The notes beneath the pieces were generated by a model that did no database searches, was not told where the DNA came from, and saw only the letters and a program-made list of their open reading frames with translations. The position numbers and the translations under genes were made by a program. A DNA stretch of 64,000 nt from Acidobacteriota bacterium (lineage in GTDB: Bacteria; Acidobacteriota; UBA6911; RPQK01; JADFOI01). Location: positions 6,179 through 70,178 of the forward strand of contig JAYZCG010000037.1 of NCBI GenBank assembly GCA_036338435.1, given 5' to 3'. This document shows positions 19,035 to 30,090 of the stretch, one piece after another (positions within the stretch are counted from its first letter, which is position 1; each line of letters begins with the position of its first letter).

Positions 19035-20012
19035 ATGAAGTCTATCTTGGTTACCGGAGGTGCCGGCTATATTGGTAGCCATACTGTACGCGAACTTGCG
19101 TGCAACGGCTATCGTCCTATCAGTCTCGACAATCTTAGCAAAGGACATGAACGGGCTGTTGTTGCTGGGGATTTGGTTAAGGGTGAGTTAGCAGATGAGG
19201 AATTACTGGAATCGATTTTTCAGAAATATTCGGTAGATGCGGTGATGCACTTTGCTGCGTTGTGTGAAGTGGGCGAGTCAGTTGAGCATCCTCGTCTTTA
19301 CTATGAGCAGAACATGGTTAACTCATTGACCCTTCTACGGGTTATGCTTCGCCATGATGTCCGAAAATTTATTTTGTCGTCTACTTGTGCTACCTATGGG
19401 GATCCTCAACGTATTCCAATCGATGAGCTACACCCTTTACAACCAATCAATCCGTACGGGGCGAGTAAGGTAATGGTTGAAGAGGTGCTCAAGGAATATG
19501 ATAGGGCCTATGGGCTCAGCTTTGTTTCTTTGCGCTACTTCAATGCGGCCGGAGCCAGTCTGGATGCAAGGTTAGGTGAGTCCCATAATCCCGAAACTCA
19601 TTTGATTCCACGGATTCTGAAAGTAGCAACAGGCGAGCTGGCAATGGTTCAGGTGTTCGGCAATGACTACCCGACTGTAGATGGAACTTGTATTCGAGAT
19701 TATGTCCATGTTCTGGATCTGGCTTCCGGACATGTGGCTGCATATCAGTGGCTGTGTGAGGGAGGAGATAGCGAAGTCTTTAATCTGGGTACAGGCCAGG
19801 GGTGCAGTGTGATGGAACTTGTTGAGGATGTACGTCAGCTTACCGGTCGGAAGATCTCATTGGAAGTGTCTGGTCGTCGGTTGGGGGACCCTCCTTGTCT
19901 GGTGGCCAATTCCGACAAGGCACACCAAATATTAAAATGGAGACCTGAACACTCGGACATAGAGACAATACTTTCCACAGCTTGGGCTTGGGAACAGGAC
20001 AGAAAGTATTAG
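19035..20012 (+). CDS. galE: UDP-glucose 4-epimerase
   Basis: VTGGAGYIGSH NAD-binding motif, YxxxK, and 325 aa with the GalE-like C-terminus. Confidence 0.85.
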   Translation: MKSILVTGGAGYIGSHTVRELACNGYRPISLDNLSKGHERAVVAGDLVKGELADEELLESIFQKYSVDAVMHFAALCEVGESVEHPRLYYEQNMVNSLTLLRVMLRHDVRKFILSSTCATYGDPQRIPIDELHPLQPINPYGASKVMVEEVLKEYDRAYGLSFVSLRYFNAAGASLDARLGESHNPETHLIPRILKVATGELAMVQVFGNDYPTVDGTCIRDYVHVLDLASGHVAAYQWLCEGGDSEVFNLGTGQGCSVMELVEDVRQLTGRKISLEVSGRRLGDPPCLVANSDKAHQILKWRPEHSDIETILSTAWAWEQDRKY

Positions 20013-20192
20013 ATAGTGAACGTGAAGCTAGCAACAGATCCAAACAAAGAATCTACAACCGGCGTTGTGGAAATCAATGCAGATCACAATTATAGTATTT
20101 AAACATGTAAAGTAGCACAATAGGCAGGAGGTTATGCGGTCAGTCTGGGTGAATTTTAAAATTAGACTCCTGGTTTCTTTTGTTGAGATGTT

Positions 20193-21125
20193 ATGCGTAT
20201 TTTAGTAACGGGTGGAGCCGGCTTCATTGGTAGCCACCTATGTAAGTCTTTTATCGAACAGGGCCACGAGGTTTTGTGTCTCGACAACCTCTTTTCCGGA
20301 TCCAAAATCAATGTCCAGTCCTTCTTAGACCATGCGTCTTTTGAGTTTGTCCGTCATGACATTATTGAGCCGATTCTCCTAGAAGTTGAGCGTATCTACA
20401 ATCTAGCGTGTCCTGCATCGCCCGTCCATTATCAGTACAATCCGGTTAAGACGGTCAAAGCTAATGTTATAGGTACCATAAATATGCTCGGCATGGCCAA
20501 GCGGGTTAAGGCTCGTATTCTTCAAGCCAGCACGTCGGAAGTTTATGGAGATCCGCAGGTGCAACCTCAACGGGAAAGTTATTGGGGAAATGTTAATCCT
20601 ATCGGATTACGCAGTTGTTATGACGAAGGGAAACGGGTCGCTGAGACTTTAATGATGGATTATCATCGGCAGAATCAGGTAGACATCCGAATAGCACGAA
20701 TCTTCAACACCTATGGCCCGCAAATGTCGATTAATGATGGCCGGGTTGTCAGCAACCTCATTGTACAGTCTCTTCAGGGTAAACCGCTTACTATCTACGG
20801 AGATGGCTCCCAAACACGCTCTTTTTGCTATGTCTCTGACATGGTTCTGGCATTGGAGCAATTGATGGCCTGCGATGGTGTACACCATCCCGTCAATTTG
20901 GGTAATCCTGCAGAATCAACAATCCTATCTTTGGCTGAACTGATTTGTGAATTAACAGGTACCCGGTCGGACATCCAGTTCAAGCCTCTTCCAGAAGATG
21001 ATCCCGTGCGACGTAGGCCTGACATTTCTGAAGCGCACAAGCTACTGGGATGGAAACCGGAGGTCGACCTGAAGACAGGGTTATGCAGGACAATCGAGTA
21101 TTTTGACAATCTTTTGCGAGAGTAA
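20193..21125 (+). CDS. uxs: UDP-glucuronate decarboxylase (UDP-xylose synthase) family SDR
   Basis: [15 protein letters not shown]... [17 protein letters not shown]... [11 protein letters not shown] is nearly identical to the UXS consensus. Confidence 0.88.
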   Translation: MRILVTGGAGFIGSHLCKSFIEQGHEVLCLDNLFSGSKINVQSFLDHASFEFVRHDIIEPILLEVERIYNLACPASPVHYQYNPVKTVKANVIGTINMLGMAKRVKARILQASTSEVYGDPQVQPQRESYWGNVNPIGLRSCYDEGKRVAETLMMDYHRQNQVDIRIARIFNTYGPQMSINDGRVVSNLIVQSLQGKPLTIYGDGSQTRSFCYVSDMVLALEQLMACDGVHHPVNLGNPAESTILSLAELICELTGTRSDIQFKPLPEDDPVRRRPDISEAHKLLGWKPEVDLKTGLCRTIEYFDNLLRE

Positions 21126-21216
21126 AGAAACATGATATTTTTCGCAGGCAGTGCCATTTGCTAAAATGGCTTGCTCTAGCGAAGTTCAATCATTAGGCTG
21201 TTAGTGGAGGTGTAAA

Positions 21217-21573
21217 GTGTTAGCGTCGTACGTCCCGATTTTGATTTTTATAGTAATTGCCTTGTCACTTCCTGTTGTGGGCCTGACTGTCGGCTGGATG
21301 GTGCGTCCCCAAAAGCCCAATGCGTCCAAGTTGATGCCTTACGAATGTGGGGTTGATCCCGAAAGCGACGCTCGAGATCGATTCTCAGTTCGCTTCTATA
21401 TCATTGCGATCCTTTTTGTGGTGTTTGACGTTGAGACCATTTTTCTATTCCCATGGGCGATCATTTATAGTCAACTCCCAGTTTTTCTTTTTATTGAAAT
21501 GGTAGTGTTTTTGGGTATTTTAATTGTGGGATATTTTTACGTGTGGAAGAAAGGTGCCTTGGAATGGGTATAG
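21217..21573 (+). CDS. nuoA: NADH-quinone oxidoreductase subunit A
   Basis: 118 aa with 3 TM helices. PYECG and [12 protein letters not shown] motifs. GTG start preceded by GGAGG. Confidence 0.9.
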   Translation: MLASYVPILIFIVIALSLPVVGLTVGWMVRPQKPNASKLMPYECGVDPESDARDRFSVRFYIIAILFVVFDVETIFLFPWAIIYSQLPVFLFIEMVVFLGILIVGYFYVWKKGALEWV

Positions 21574-22064
21574 TTGAAAATCGAATGCACGAGAACATTG
21601 TGACGACGACTGTTGATTCAGTTTTTAATTGGGCCAGAAAATCTTCCCTCTGGCCTATGACGTTTGGATTGGCCTGTTGCGCGATTGAGATGATGGCAGC
21701 TGGCGCCTCCCGATTCGACATGGATCGATTTGGTGCGGGAATTTTCCGTCCTTCTCCCAGGCAATCTGATCTAATTATAATTGCGGGGACGGTTACCCTC
21801 AAAATGGCTGAGGTTATTCAGCGCCTGTATGACCAGATGCCGGATCCCAAGTGGGTTATCTCCATGGGTGCTTGCTCGAGTGCAGGTGGACCTTTTGATA
21901 CGTATTCTACTCTTCAGGGTGTCGACAAAGTCATTCCAGTTGATGTCTATATTCCCGGGTGCCCACCTCGTCCTGAAGCGTTGTTGTACGGTTTAATGAG
22001 ACTTCAAGACAAGATCGATCAAATGACCATTTCCAAAAGTACCGAGAAACGTCAGGCAAGCTAG
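21564..22064 (+). CDS. nuoB: NADH-quinone oxidoreductase subunit B
   Basis: [29 protein letters not shown] and PGCPPRP supply the N2 cluster cysteines. Start placed at the internal MGIVENR. Confidence 0.93.
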   Translation: MGIVENRMHENIVTTTVDSVFNWARKSSLWPMTFGLACCAIEMMAAGASRFDMDRFGAGIFRPSPRQSDLIIIAGTVTLKMAEVIQRLYDQMPDPKWVISMGACSSAGGPFDTYSTLQGVDKVIPVDVYIPGCPPRPEALLYGLMRLQDKIDQMTISKSTEKRQAS

Positions 22065-22123
22065 CCCGATATTAGTACACTCGGACAAGAGCTATACATA
22101 CAATTACTATTCCGTAGGATGAA

Positions 22124-22852
22124 ATGAGCGAAGAGGACAAAACACAAGAACCCCCGAAATCCGAAGAGGGAGCAGTTCAAGAGTCGGAAAGTCAGGAGGA
22201 CAAGCAGTCAGGGGAATCAGAGGAGAAGAAGGTGTCTACTGACTCGGTAAAGCCGGACCGGTCTGTCACGACTCAAAAGACAGCTGGCGCTCCACCGACC
22301 AAGGTTGCTAAGAAGGTTGCTAAGAAGAAGGGCCCGACCTATGAGGATTTGGTCGATAATGCCCTCCTCAACGGACTACAAGAGAAGTTTCCCAAAGGGG
22401 TGCTATCAGGCCAATCCTTTTTGGATCAAGTTACGTATACGGTTACGCTAGATGTACTGTATGACGTCCTACTATATCTTCGGGATGATACAGATGCAGA
22501 CTATGACTATTTGGTTGACCTCACGGCATTAGACCATCTAGATAATGAAGAACGGTTTTGTTTGGTCTATCACCTTTATTCTCACAAGAAAAAGAGTTTT
22601 ATCCGTGTTCGGTGTGCCGTAGATGAAAGCGAGTCTGCCCCTTCAGTTGTTGCCGTATGGAAGACTGCCGACTGGATGGAGCGGGAAGTATACGATCTTT
22701 TTGGGATTAAATTTATGGGTCACCCTGACTTGAAACGTATTCTTTTGCCCGACGATTGGCACGGTTATCCTCTGAGAAAAGATTATGACATCAAGCTACA
22801 AGACCAGGCATGGATCGGTAAACACTTGCGAATTACAAGGACTCCAGAATGA
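22124..22852 (+). CDS. nuoC: NADH-quinone oxidoreductase subunit C with ~75-aa low-complexity N-terminal extension
   Basis: NuoC core ([11 protein letters not shown]... [21 protein letters not shown]) preceded by an acidic, then Lys-rich segment ([13 protein letters not shown]). Confidence 0.88.
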   Translation: MSEEDKTQEPPKSEEGAVQESESQEDKQSGESEEKKVSTDSVKPDRSVTTQKTAGAPPTKVAKKVAKKKGPTYEDLVDNALLNGLQEKFPKGVLSGQSFLDQVTYTVTLDVLYDVLLYLRDDTDADYDYLVDLTALDHLDNEERFCLVYHLYSHKKKSFIRVRCAVDESESAPSVVAVWKTADWMEREVYDLFGIKFMGHPDLKRILLPDDWHGYPLRKDYDIKLQDQAWIGKHLRITRTPE

Positions 22853-23970
22853 ATTCAATAGAAGAACCCACTGTTCTTGATACTAGAGTACTTGAAGTCA
22901 ACATGGGGCCGCAGCATCCATCCACTCACGGTGTGTTGCGAGTCAAGTTGAAATTGGATGGTGAGAAAGTTGTGGATGCTGAGTGCATTATCGGATATCT
23001 CCATCGGGGCATTGAAAAGATCAGCGAAAATCGTTCCTACATAGAGTGCGTTCCATATTACGATCGAACTGACTACATCGCTGCTGTTTCTAATGTCTAT
23101 GGCTACCTTTTGGGCGTGGAAAAGATGATGGGGATTGAGGTTCCGGATCGAGGTCGCTATATCCGGATCATGATGGTGGAATTGAATCGTATTGCGAGCC
23201 ATCTGCTATGGTTGGCAACTCATGCCATCGACATCGGGGCCATGACGGTCTTTCTATATTGTTTTCGGGAGCGCGAAGAAATCCTCAAGCTGTTCGAAGC
23301 TCTTTTCGGTGCACGATTGACCACTCATGCTTTCCGTGTAGGGGGGCTTTGGAAAGATCTACCTTCTGGGTTTGAACGTGAAGTAGGTAAATTTGTCGAC
23401 GAATTTCCAGCCCACATCGATGAATATGAGCAACTACTAACCGAGAATCGAATCTGGTTAGCCAGAACTAAGGGCGTTGGCGTGATTTCCGGAGAAGAAG
23501 CAATCGAATGGGGTTTAACAGGACCTCCACTGCGTGGTTCTGGCGTGGATTATGACTTGCGGAAGGCGCGACCCTATGGAGGCTATGATGAGTTCGACTT
23601 TGACGTACCTCTCGGGGAGAATGGTGATACATATGATCGCTATGTAGCGCGCGTTGAAGAAATGCGCCAAAGTCTGCGTATCATTCAGCAGGTGTTGGAT
23701 CGGTTACCTGATGGTCCTGTGCGAGGAAAGGCACCGAAAATAGTCAAGCCGCCTGTAGGAGAATATTATTCTGGAATCGAAAGTCCCCGCGGAGAGTTGG
23801 GGTACTACATCGTAAGTGACGGTTCAGCTCGGCCGTTTCGAGTGCGGATTCGGCCTCCTACATTTATTGGTCTGCAGGCGTTACGTAGGTTAGTTAAAGG
23901 ACATCTCATGGCAGACGTTATCGCCATTATAGGGACGTTGGATATTGTCCTGGGCGAGGTAGATCGATGA
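22849..23970 (+). CDS. nuoD: NADH-quinone oxidoreductase subunit D
   Basis: [15 protein letters not shown]... 373 aa of 49-kDa subunit sequence. Confidence 0.95.
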   Translation: MNSIEEPTVLDTRVLEVNMGPQHPSTHGVLRVKLKLDGEKVVDAECIIGYLHRGIEKISENRSYIECVPYYDRTDYIAAVSNVYGYLLGVEKMMGIEVPDRGRYIRIMMVELNRIASHLLWLATHAIDIGAMTVFLYCFREREEILKLFEALFGARLTTHAFRVGGLWKDLPSGFEREVGKFVDEFPAHIDEYEQLLTENRIWLARTKGVGVISGEEAIEWGLTGPPLRGSGVDYDLRKARPYGGYDEFDFDVPLGENGDTYDRYVARVEEMRQSLRIIQQVLDRLPDGPVRGKAPKIVKPPVGEYYSGIESPRGELGYYIVSDGSARPFRVRIRPPTFIGLQALRRLVKGHLMADVIAIIGTLDIVLGEVDR

Positions 23971-25073
23971 CCGAACTCTTACTTATTTACGCTATTATTC
24001 CTCTTATCAAGATCGGAGCCATTGTACTGATTTTGTCGGGAGCGATTGCCTATCTAACTTTACTTGAGAGGAAACTCATTGCACACATACAAGTTCGCCT
24101 AGGACCCATGCGGGTGGGATGGCACGGTCTCTTGCAGCCGATTGCCGATGGTCTCAAGTTTATCCTCAAGGAGGACATCGTGCCTTCCAAGGCCGACTCC
24201 CTCATTTTCACTATTGCACCAATGATCTCATTGATTCCTGCTTTCGTAGTTTTTGCCGTAGTTCCATTTGGTCCTCCCGAGATGTTCGCGGGAGTACTTC
24301 ACACAATCTTAAGTTGGTTCCTAGAGCCGTCTAGTGTGGATACGGTCATTAAAAGCTCGATTGCTTCCGGAGGCTTTGTAACCGACATCAACATTGCCGT
24401 GTTATTTGTTTTATCTGTTTCATCAGTGGGTATTTTGGGCGTTATCCTAGGAGGATGGGCTTCCAACAGTAAGTATCCACTGCTAGGGGCACTACGATCT
24501 TCAGCTCAGATGGTGAGTTACGAGGTCGCTCTTGGATTTTCAATTATCAGTGTTCTGTTGTATGCAGGATCTTTGAGTCTGGTGGAAATTGTACAACAGC
24601 AACAGACGGCCGGAGTGTGGTACATCTTCTATCAGCCGGTGGCATTTTTCTTGTTCTTGGTGTGTGGTTTAGCTGAAACCAATCGTCTCCCCTTTGACCT
24701 TCCCGAGGCAGAAACCGAGCTGGTGGGAGGGTTTCATACCGAATATAGTGGGTTCCGTTTTTCCCTTTTCTTTTTGGCTGAATATGCCAATATGATTACG
24801 GTGTCGGCAATAGGCGTCACCCTTTTCTTGGGAGGGTGGTTGCCGCCATTCCCAAACGTTGCGTGGCTCGATTTCTTGGGCATTCTTCCTTCTGTAGTGT
24901 GGTTTTTGGTCAAGGTTTTCCTGATTCTATACCTCTTTATTTGGATACGGGGAACTCTACCACGTTTTCGTTTTGACCAACTTATGAGCTACGGTTGGAA
25001 AGTGTTGTTACCTATGGCACTTGGGCATTTGATTGTTTACGCTGCTATTAAGGCAATGTGGGAAACATTATGA
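23967..25073 (+). CDS. nuoH: NADH-quinone oxidoreductase subunit H
   Basis: Polytopic ND1-like protein with [25 protein letters not shown]. Confidence 0.93.
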   Translation: MTELLLIYAIIPLIKIGAIVLILSGAIAYLTLLERKLIAHIQVRLGPMRVGWHGLLQPIADGLKFILKEDIVPSKADSLIFTIAPMISLIPAFVVFAVVPFGPPEMFAGVLHTILSWFLEPSSVDTVIKSSIASGGFVTDINIAVLFVLSVSSVGILGVILGGWASNSKYPLLGALRSSAQMVSYEVALGFSIISVLLYAGSLSLVEIVQQQQTAGVWYIFYQPVAFFLFLVCGLAETNRLPFDLPEAETELVGGFHTEYSGFRFSLFFLAEYANMITVSAIGVTLFLGGWLPPFPNVAWLDFLGILPSVVWFLVKVFLILYLFIWIRGTLPRFRFDQLMSYGWKVLLPMALGHLIVYAAIKAMWETL

Positions 25074-25531
25074 ATTTTCTAAAGCGAATTTTTTTGGTAG
25101 ATATTTTAAAGGGGATGGCGGTAACTTTTCGTTACACCTACAAGAGTGTCTACACGGAACAGTATCCCAAAGAGAAGCCTAAACTGGCCGGAAGGTATAA
25201 GGGGGCCCCACGCCTGAATAATGACCCTGAAACAGGAGAGACCCTTTGCATTGCCTGTGATCTTTGTGCTGAAATTTGTCCCGAAAATCTCATAGTGGTA
25301 GGCTCCCAGCGTGATCCGGAAAGTAGGAAGAAAGTGCTGACCCACTACACATTTGACACCTCACGATGTCTTTTTTGTGGGTTATGTCAGGAAGTGTGTC
25401 CCACGAATGCTGTCGAACTTACCCAGGACTTTGAATTAGCAACCTACAGTCGCAAGTCCATGGTATGGGACCGCAAGCGGTTGGAGAAGGGCTGGGATCG
25501 TATTGAATTTGGCAAGAATTACCATAAATAG
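25070..25531 (+). CDS. nuoI: NADH-quinone oxidoreductase subunit I
   Basis: Two 4Fe-4S ferredoxin motifs, [12 protein letters not shown] and [12 protein letters not shown]. Start at MNFLK shares ATGA with the nuoH stop. Confidence 0.92.
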   Translation: MNFLKRIFLVDILKGMAVTFRYTYKSVYTEQYPKEKPKLAGRYKGAPRLNNDPETGETLCIACDLCAEICPENLIVVGSQRDPESRKKVLTHYTFDTSRCLFCGLCQEVCPTNAVELTQDFELATYSRKSMVWDRKRLEKGWDRIEFGKNYHK

Positions 25532-25630
25532 GTTTTGACAGTATTTAAGTTGGAAAAAGACCATGATGTGAGGATCATCAATATAGATCCCACAATTATG
25601 GAAGTATGAACTAGAATCTATAACATAAGT

Positions 25631-26143
25631 ATGGAATCCATTCTTTTTTACATTTTGGCAGGGATATTGGTTGTTTTTGCCATTCTCACGGTGACGGCAC
25701 ACAATCCAGTACGAAGTGCTGTCTACCTGATCTCAGCCCTCTTGGCTACAGCAGGACTCTTCTTTTTGTTGGAAGCAGAATTTTTGGGGGCCGTCCAGAT
25801 TTTGGTGTATGTAGGGGGGATAATGGTCCTGTTCCTCTTTGTCATTATCCTGGTTAACGTGCGTGAGATGGAAGCGCAGCGAAGAGCAAGTCGACAGTGG
25901 AAAACTGCTGTGGTGTTGGGGGTGGTACTATCTTGTGAGTTCATTATCTTTGTGGTGCGAGGGGCTGATATCTTTTCAGCAGAAGCGATGAACTCATCTC
26001 TGGTCGTTGGGACGCAAACTCACAACACAGAATCAGTCGGTAGACTTCTTTATAGCACCTATCTTTTACCTTTTGAAATAGCTTCTATTTTGTTATTGGT
26101 GGCCATGGTGGGTGCTGTGGTCTTGACCATGAAGGAACACTAG
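25631..26143 (+). CDS. nuoJ: NADH-quinone oxidoreductase subunit J
   Basis: 170-aa ND6-like membrane protein in operon position. A 100-nt gap precedes it. Confidence 0.85.
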   Translation: MESILFYILAGILVVFAILTVTAHNPVRSAVYLISALLATAGLFFLLEAEFLGAVQILVYVGGIMVLFLFVIILVNVREMEAQRRASRQWKTAVVLGVVLSCEFIIFVVRGADIFSAEAMNSSLVVGTQTHNTESVGRLLYSTYLLPFEIASILLLVAMVGAVVLTMKEH

Positions 26144-26148
26144 CAAGT

Positions 26149-26451
26149 ATGGTGGATATTGGGCACTATCTAATTTTAAGTACCGTTGTTTTCACTATCG
26201 GCGTGATCGGAGTGTTGACGAGACGCAATGTAATTATCATTTTGATGTCCATTGAGTTGATGCTTAACGCCGTCAACTTGAATCTGATTGCTTTTTCTGA
26301 CCACCTTCACAGTCTTTCGGGTCAAGTATTTGCAGTTTTTGTCATTACAGTGGCCGCTGCTGAGGCAGCCGTGGGGTTAGGTATTGTGATTGCGCTTTTC
26401 AGCAACAAAGAGACGGTCAATGTCGACGAAATAGATTTGATGAAAGGATAG
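26149..26451 (+). CDS. nuoK: NADH-quinone oxidoreductase subunit K
   Basis: 100-aa, 3-TM ND4L-like protein with a conserved Glu in TM2/3. Confidence 0.9.
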   Translation: MVDIGHYLILSTVVFTIGVIGVLTRRNVIIILMSIELMLNAVNLNLIAFSDHLHSLSGQVFAVFVITVAAAEAAVGLGIVIALFSNKETVNVDEIDLMKG

Positions 26452-26454
26452 TGG

Positions 26455-28524
26455 ATGCTCGAATATCTATGGCTTATTCCCGTTCTGCCTCTCTTGGGGT
26501 TTGCCGTCAACGGGCTGGTAGGGCTTTGGAAAGTGTCCCGGACCGGGAAACCACAATCTAAGCCATTTGTTTATTCTGTAGCCTGTGGGAGTGTGTTTTT
26601 GGCTTTTTCTCTCGCAGTGGGATGTTTTTGGAGCCTAATCCAGCTCGATCCTCACGACCGGATTATCGAGCAAGACCTTTTTACCTGGATTACCGGGGGA
26701 GCAGTGCGAACTATGAGCGGTGATCTGGCCAACCTTCACATCAATTGGGGCATGCAGCTCGACCCCTTGTCTGCGGTGATGATTTTGGTGGTGACCGGGG
26801 TTGGATTTCTCATTCACGTGTATGCCATCGGCTACATGGCTGACGACGAAGAAGGATTTTATCGCTTTTTTTCTTATATGAACTTGTTCATGTTCATGAT
26901 GTTGACATTAGTTTTGTCCAACAATTTTCTGGTTATGTTCGTGGGATGGGAAGGGGTTGGTCTTAGTTCCTATCTTTTAATCGGCTATTACATTCACAAA
27001 AAGAGTGCTGGCGATGCCGCCAAGAAGGCATTTGTAGTAAATCGCATTGGTGATTTTGGTTTTATCATTGCCATCATGATGATTTTTTCCTATTTTGGCA
27101 CGGTAGATTTTACTGAAGTCTTTGAGGGTGTAGAGGCTATTTTTCCTACTCCGGAATTAATGTGGGGACCGCTCAGTTGGATCGCGTTACTCCTTTTTGT
27201 TGGCGCCATGGGGAAGAGTGCCCAGATCCCGCTCTATGTATGGTTGCCCGATGCCATGGAAGGCCCGACTCCGGTAAGTGCACTCATCCATGCCGCCACC
27301 ATGGTCACGGCTGGTGTTTACATGGTGGCACGCTCCAGTGCCATTTACAGTCGTGCTCCTGACGTACTTTTAATTGTGGCGGGCATTGGGATTTTTACAG
27401 CCCTTGTAGCCGCCACGATTGCCATGTTTCAACAGGACATAAAGAAGGTTTTGGCTTACTCCACTGTAAGCCAGCTAGGCTACATGTTTGCAGCCTTGGG
27501 TGTGGGTGCTGTTGCTGCTGGTGTTTTCCATCTCATGACCCATGCCTTTTTCAAAGCCCTTCTCTTTCTGGGATCCGGAAGTGTGATTGTTGCTCTGCAT
27601 CATGAGCAGGATATGAGAAAGATGGGGGGGCTCAAAAAATACCTTCCCACCACTTGGTGGACCATGGGAATCGCTACATTAGCTATTGCAGGTGTTCCAG
27701 GATTATCTGGCTTCTTTTCTAAGGACGAGATTTTGTGGCGATCCTTCAGTAATCCTCAAGGTCACATATTGATCTGGATAGTGGGGGTACTGGTGGCGGG
27801 GATGACTGCGTTTTATATGATGCGGATGATGTTCCTTACCTTCCATGGGGAGGAGCGGCTCTTGCCAAAGGTGGCTCATCACGTTCAGGAATCTCCCCTT
27901 GTGATGACCGTCCCATTGATGATTTTGGCTGTGGGATCAGCCATTGTAGGATTTTTAGGCCTGCCGGCTTGGTTGGGCCCGAACATATTCGAACATTTTC
28001 TGGAACCAGCCTTTGCAACCCATTATCAGGCTACTGAGGAAGTTCATCACTATGCCCACTCTACGGAAATTCTCTTAACCGTTTTTTCCGTGACCTTGGC
28101 AGCAATGGGGATTTATATTGCCTACTATTTCTTTATTCGGCACAAAGAGAAGTCAACTTGGTGGGTGGAAAAATTTCGCGGGGTTCACCAGCTGGTCTAC
28201 AACAAATACTACGTGGATGAGACCTACGATCTTTTGTTTGTCAACCGGGCCAAGGATACGGGACGATTCCTTTCTGCTTTTGATAGTAATGTCGTAGATG
28301 GGTTTGTCAATGGAAGTGCAACGATCACTCGGATTTCAGCTTGGATTTCAGGTCAGGCTGATATCCATATTGTAGATCGGATCGTCAATCTAATAGCCGA
28401 GATCTTTGAGTATTCGAGCTCTCTACTTCGCAAGGTCCAGACAGGGCTGGTGCAGCGGTATGCCCTCTTTTTCGTGATAGGCATCATTCTGGTGATCAGT
28501 CTTTATCTCTACTTAGGAGTTTAG
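26455..28524 (+). CDS. nuoL: NADH-quinone oxidoreductase subunit L
   Basis: 689-aa antiporter-like subunit with a C-terminal long helix region. Confidence 0.93.
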   Translation: MLEYLWLIPVLPLLGFAVNGLVGLWKVSRTGKPQSKPFVYSVACGSVFLAFSLAVGCFWSLIQLDPHDRIIEQDLFTWITGGAVRTMSGDLANLHINWGMQLDPLSAVMILVVTGVGFLIHVYAIGYMADDEEGFYRFFSYMNLFMFMMLTLVLSNNFLVMFVGWEGVGLSSYLLIGYYIHKKSAGDAAKKAFVVNRIGDFGFIIAIMMIFSYFGTVDFTEVFEGVEAIFPTPELMWGPLSWIALLLFVGAMGKSAQIPLYVWLPDAMEGPTPVSALIHAATMVTAGVYMVARSSAIYSRAPDVLLIVAGIGIFTALVAATIAMFQQDIKKVLAYSTVSQLGYMFAALGVGAVAAGVFHLMTHAFFKALLFLGSGSVIVALHHEQDMRKMGGLKKYLPTTWWTMGIATLAIAGVPGLSGFFSKDEILWRSFSNPQGHILIWIVGVLVAGMTAFYMMRMMFLTFHGEERLLPKVAHHVQESPLVMTVPLMILAVGSAIVGFLGLPAWLGPNIFEHFLEPAFATHYQATEEVHHYAHSTEILLTVFSVTLAAMGIYIAYYFFIRHKEKSTWWVEKFRGVHQLVYNKYYVDETYDLLFVNRAKDTGRFLSAFDSNVVDGFVNGSATITRISAWISGQADIHIVDRIVNLIAEIFEYSSSLLRKVQTGLVQRYALFFVIGIILVISLYLYLGV

Positions 28525-28527
28525 CCG

Positions 28528-30087
28528 ATGAGTTTTTTTATGGAAAACATTTTAACCATAGTGTGTTTTTTCCCGCTACTCGGAGTAGCACTCATTGTAG
28601 TGTGGCCCAAGGGAAAGGAACATGACCAAAGTATCAAGTGGATAGCCAATCTCGTGGCTCTCATTGGTTTCTTCATTTCGCTACCGCTGATAACTGAGTT
28701 CAACAATGTTCAGTACATCGACTCGGAAACCGGGATGAGGTTTGTGTTCAAAGCGGATTGGATTCCCACCATTGGGGCACAGTACTCTTTTGGTATTGAT
28801 GGAATCAGTATGTTACTGATTCTGTTGACAACACTTATGGGGTTTATTGCTATTCTTTCTTCCTGGACTGCCGTAACTGAACGGGTCCGGGAGTACTATT
28901 GTTATTTTCTATTGTTACAAGTAGGAATGCTCGGTGTTTTTATGGCACTGGACTTCTTTCTCTTCTACGTTTTTTGGGAAGTAATGTTGGTGCCCATGTA
29001 TTTCATCATTGGAGTATGGGGGGGACCCAGAAGACTTTATGCCGCGATCAAGTTCTTTCTTTACACTTTAGCTGGATCGGTTCTTCTTCTGCTTGGCATT
29101 CTAGCGCTTTATTTTTACCAGCACAGTGTAACCGGTGTCTGGTCCTTCGATGTATTGGCCATGCAACAGTTAAACATCCCCATGGGTCTCCAGACCTGGA
29201 TTTTTCTAGCTATGTTTTTTGGGTTTGCCATTAAGGTACCCATGTTTCCCTTTCACACTTGGCTTCCCGATGCACATGTAGAGGCTCCTACGGCTGGTTC
29301 TGTAATTCTGGCTGCCATCCTGCTAAAAATGGGAACCTATGGGTTTGTGCGCTTTAGCCTACCCATTCTTCCTGAAGCCACCATGTTTTTTCTCTACCCT
29401 TTGCTAGTTTTGTCGGTTATCGGAATCATCTATGGTGCTCTGGTGGCCATGATGCAAAAGGATATGAAGAAACTCGTGGCATATTCTTCGGTAAGTCACT
29501 TGGGGTTTTGCATGCTGGGAGTTTTTGTTGCTACCCCGGTGGCATTGGAAGGGGGCATCCTGCAAATGATAAACCATGGAGTTTCCACCGGAGCTCTTTT
29601 TCTGATTGTGGGTATCATTTATGAAAGGCGGCACACACGCATGATTGCCGATTTTGGAGGCCTTTCCCTTATCATGCCAGTTTACGCTACTGTTTTTCTG
29701 ATTATGACTCTTTCATCCATTGGCATGCCTACGCTGAACGGATTTATTGGGGAATTTATGGTTTTGCAAGGCGTTTTTGCTGATCCCACCTATAGGCTGT
29801 GGGCTGTATGGGGTGCGGTAGGCATAGTTTTAGGGGCAGCCTATATGTTGTGGCTCTACCAGCGGGTAATGTTCGGCAAGTTGGAGCATGAGGAGAACCG
29901 GAATCTTCCCGATCTTAATTGGCGTGAGATGGCAACGTTTGTTCCGCTGATTATCCTGGCGTTCTGGATCGGTCTTTACCCAAAGACTTTCTTAGATTAT
30001 CTGCATGAGCCGGTAAATCAAATCGTTGAGAGGGTACGTCCTAATGAATTTTCACCTTTGCCGGCACAGGCTTTCTTGAGGGAATAA
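28528..30087 (+). CDS. nuoM: NADH-quinone oxidoreductase subunit M
   Basis: 519-aa antiporter-like ND4 homolog. Confidence 0.93.
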   Translation: MSFFMENILTIVCFFPLLGVALIVVWPKGKEHDQSIKWIANLVALIGFFISLPLITEFNNVQYIDSETGMRFVFKADWIPTIGAQYSFGIDGISMLLILLTTLMGFIAILSSWTAVTERVREYYCYFLLLQVGMLGVFMALDFFLFYVFWEVMLVPMYFIIGVWGGPRRLYAAIKFFLYTLAGSVLLLLGILALYFYQHSVTGVWSFDVLAMQQLNIPMGLQTWIFLAMFFGFAIKVPMFPFHTWLPDAHVEAPTAGSVILAAILLKMGTYGFVRFSLPILPEATMFFLYPLLVLSVIGIIYGALVAMMQKDMKKLVAYSSVSHLGFCMLGVFVATPVALEGGILQMINHGVSTGALFLIVGIIYERRHTRMIADFGGLSLIMPVYATVFLIMTLSSIGMPTLNGFIGEFMVLQGVFADPTYRLWAVWGAVGIVLGAAYMLWLYQRVMFGKLEHEENRNLPDLNWREMATFVPLIILAFWIGLYPKTFLDYLHEPVNQIVERVRPNEFSPLPAQAFLRE

Positions 30088-30090
30088 TTA

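Noticed and set aside
26455-28524. NuoL appearing oversized (689 aa) as a possible fusion
   Set aside because: The extra C-terminal length corresponds to the normal long horizontal helix and terminal TM of NuoL.
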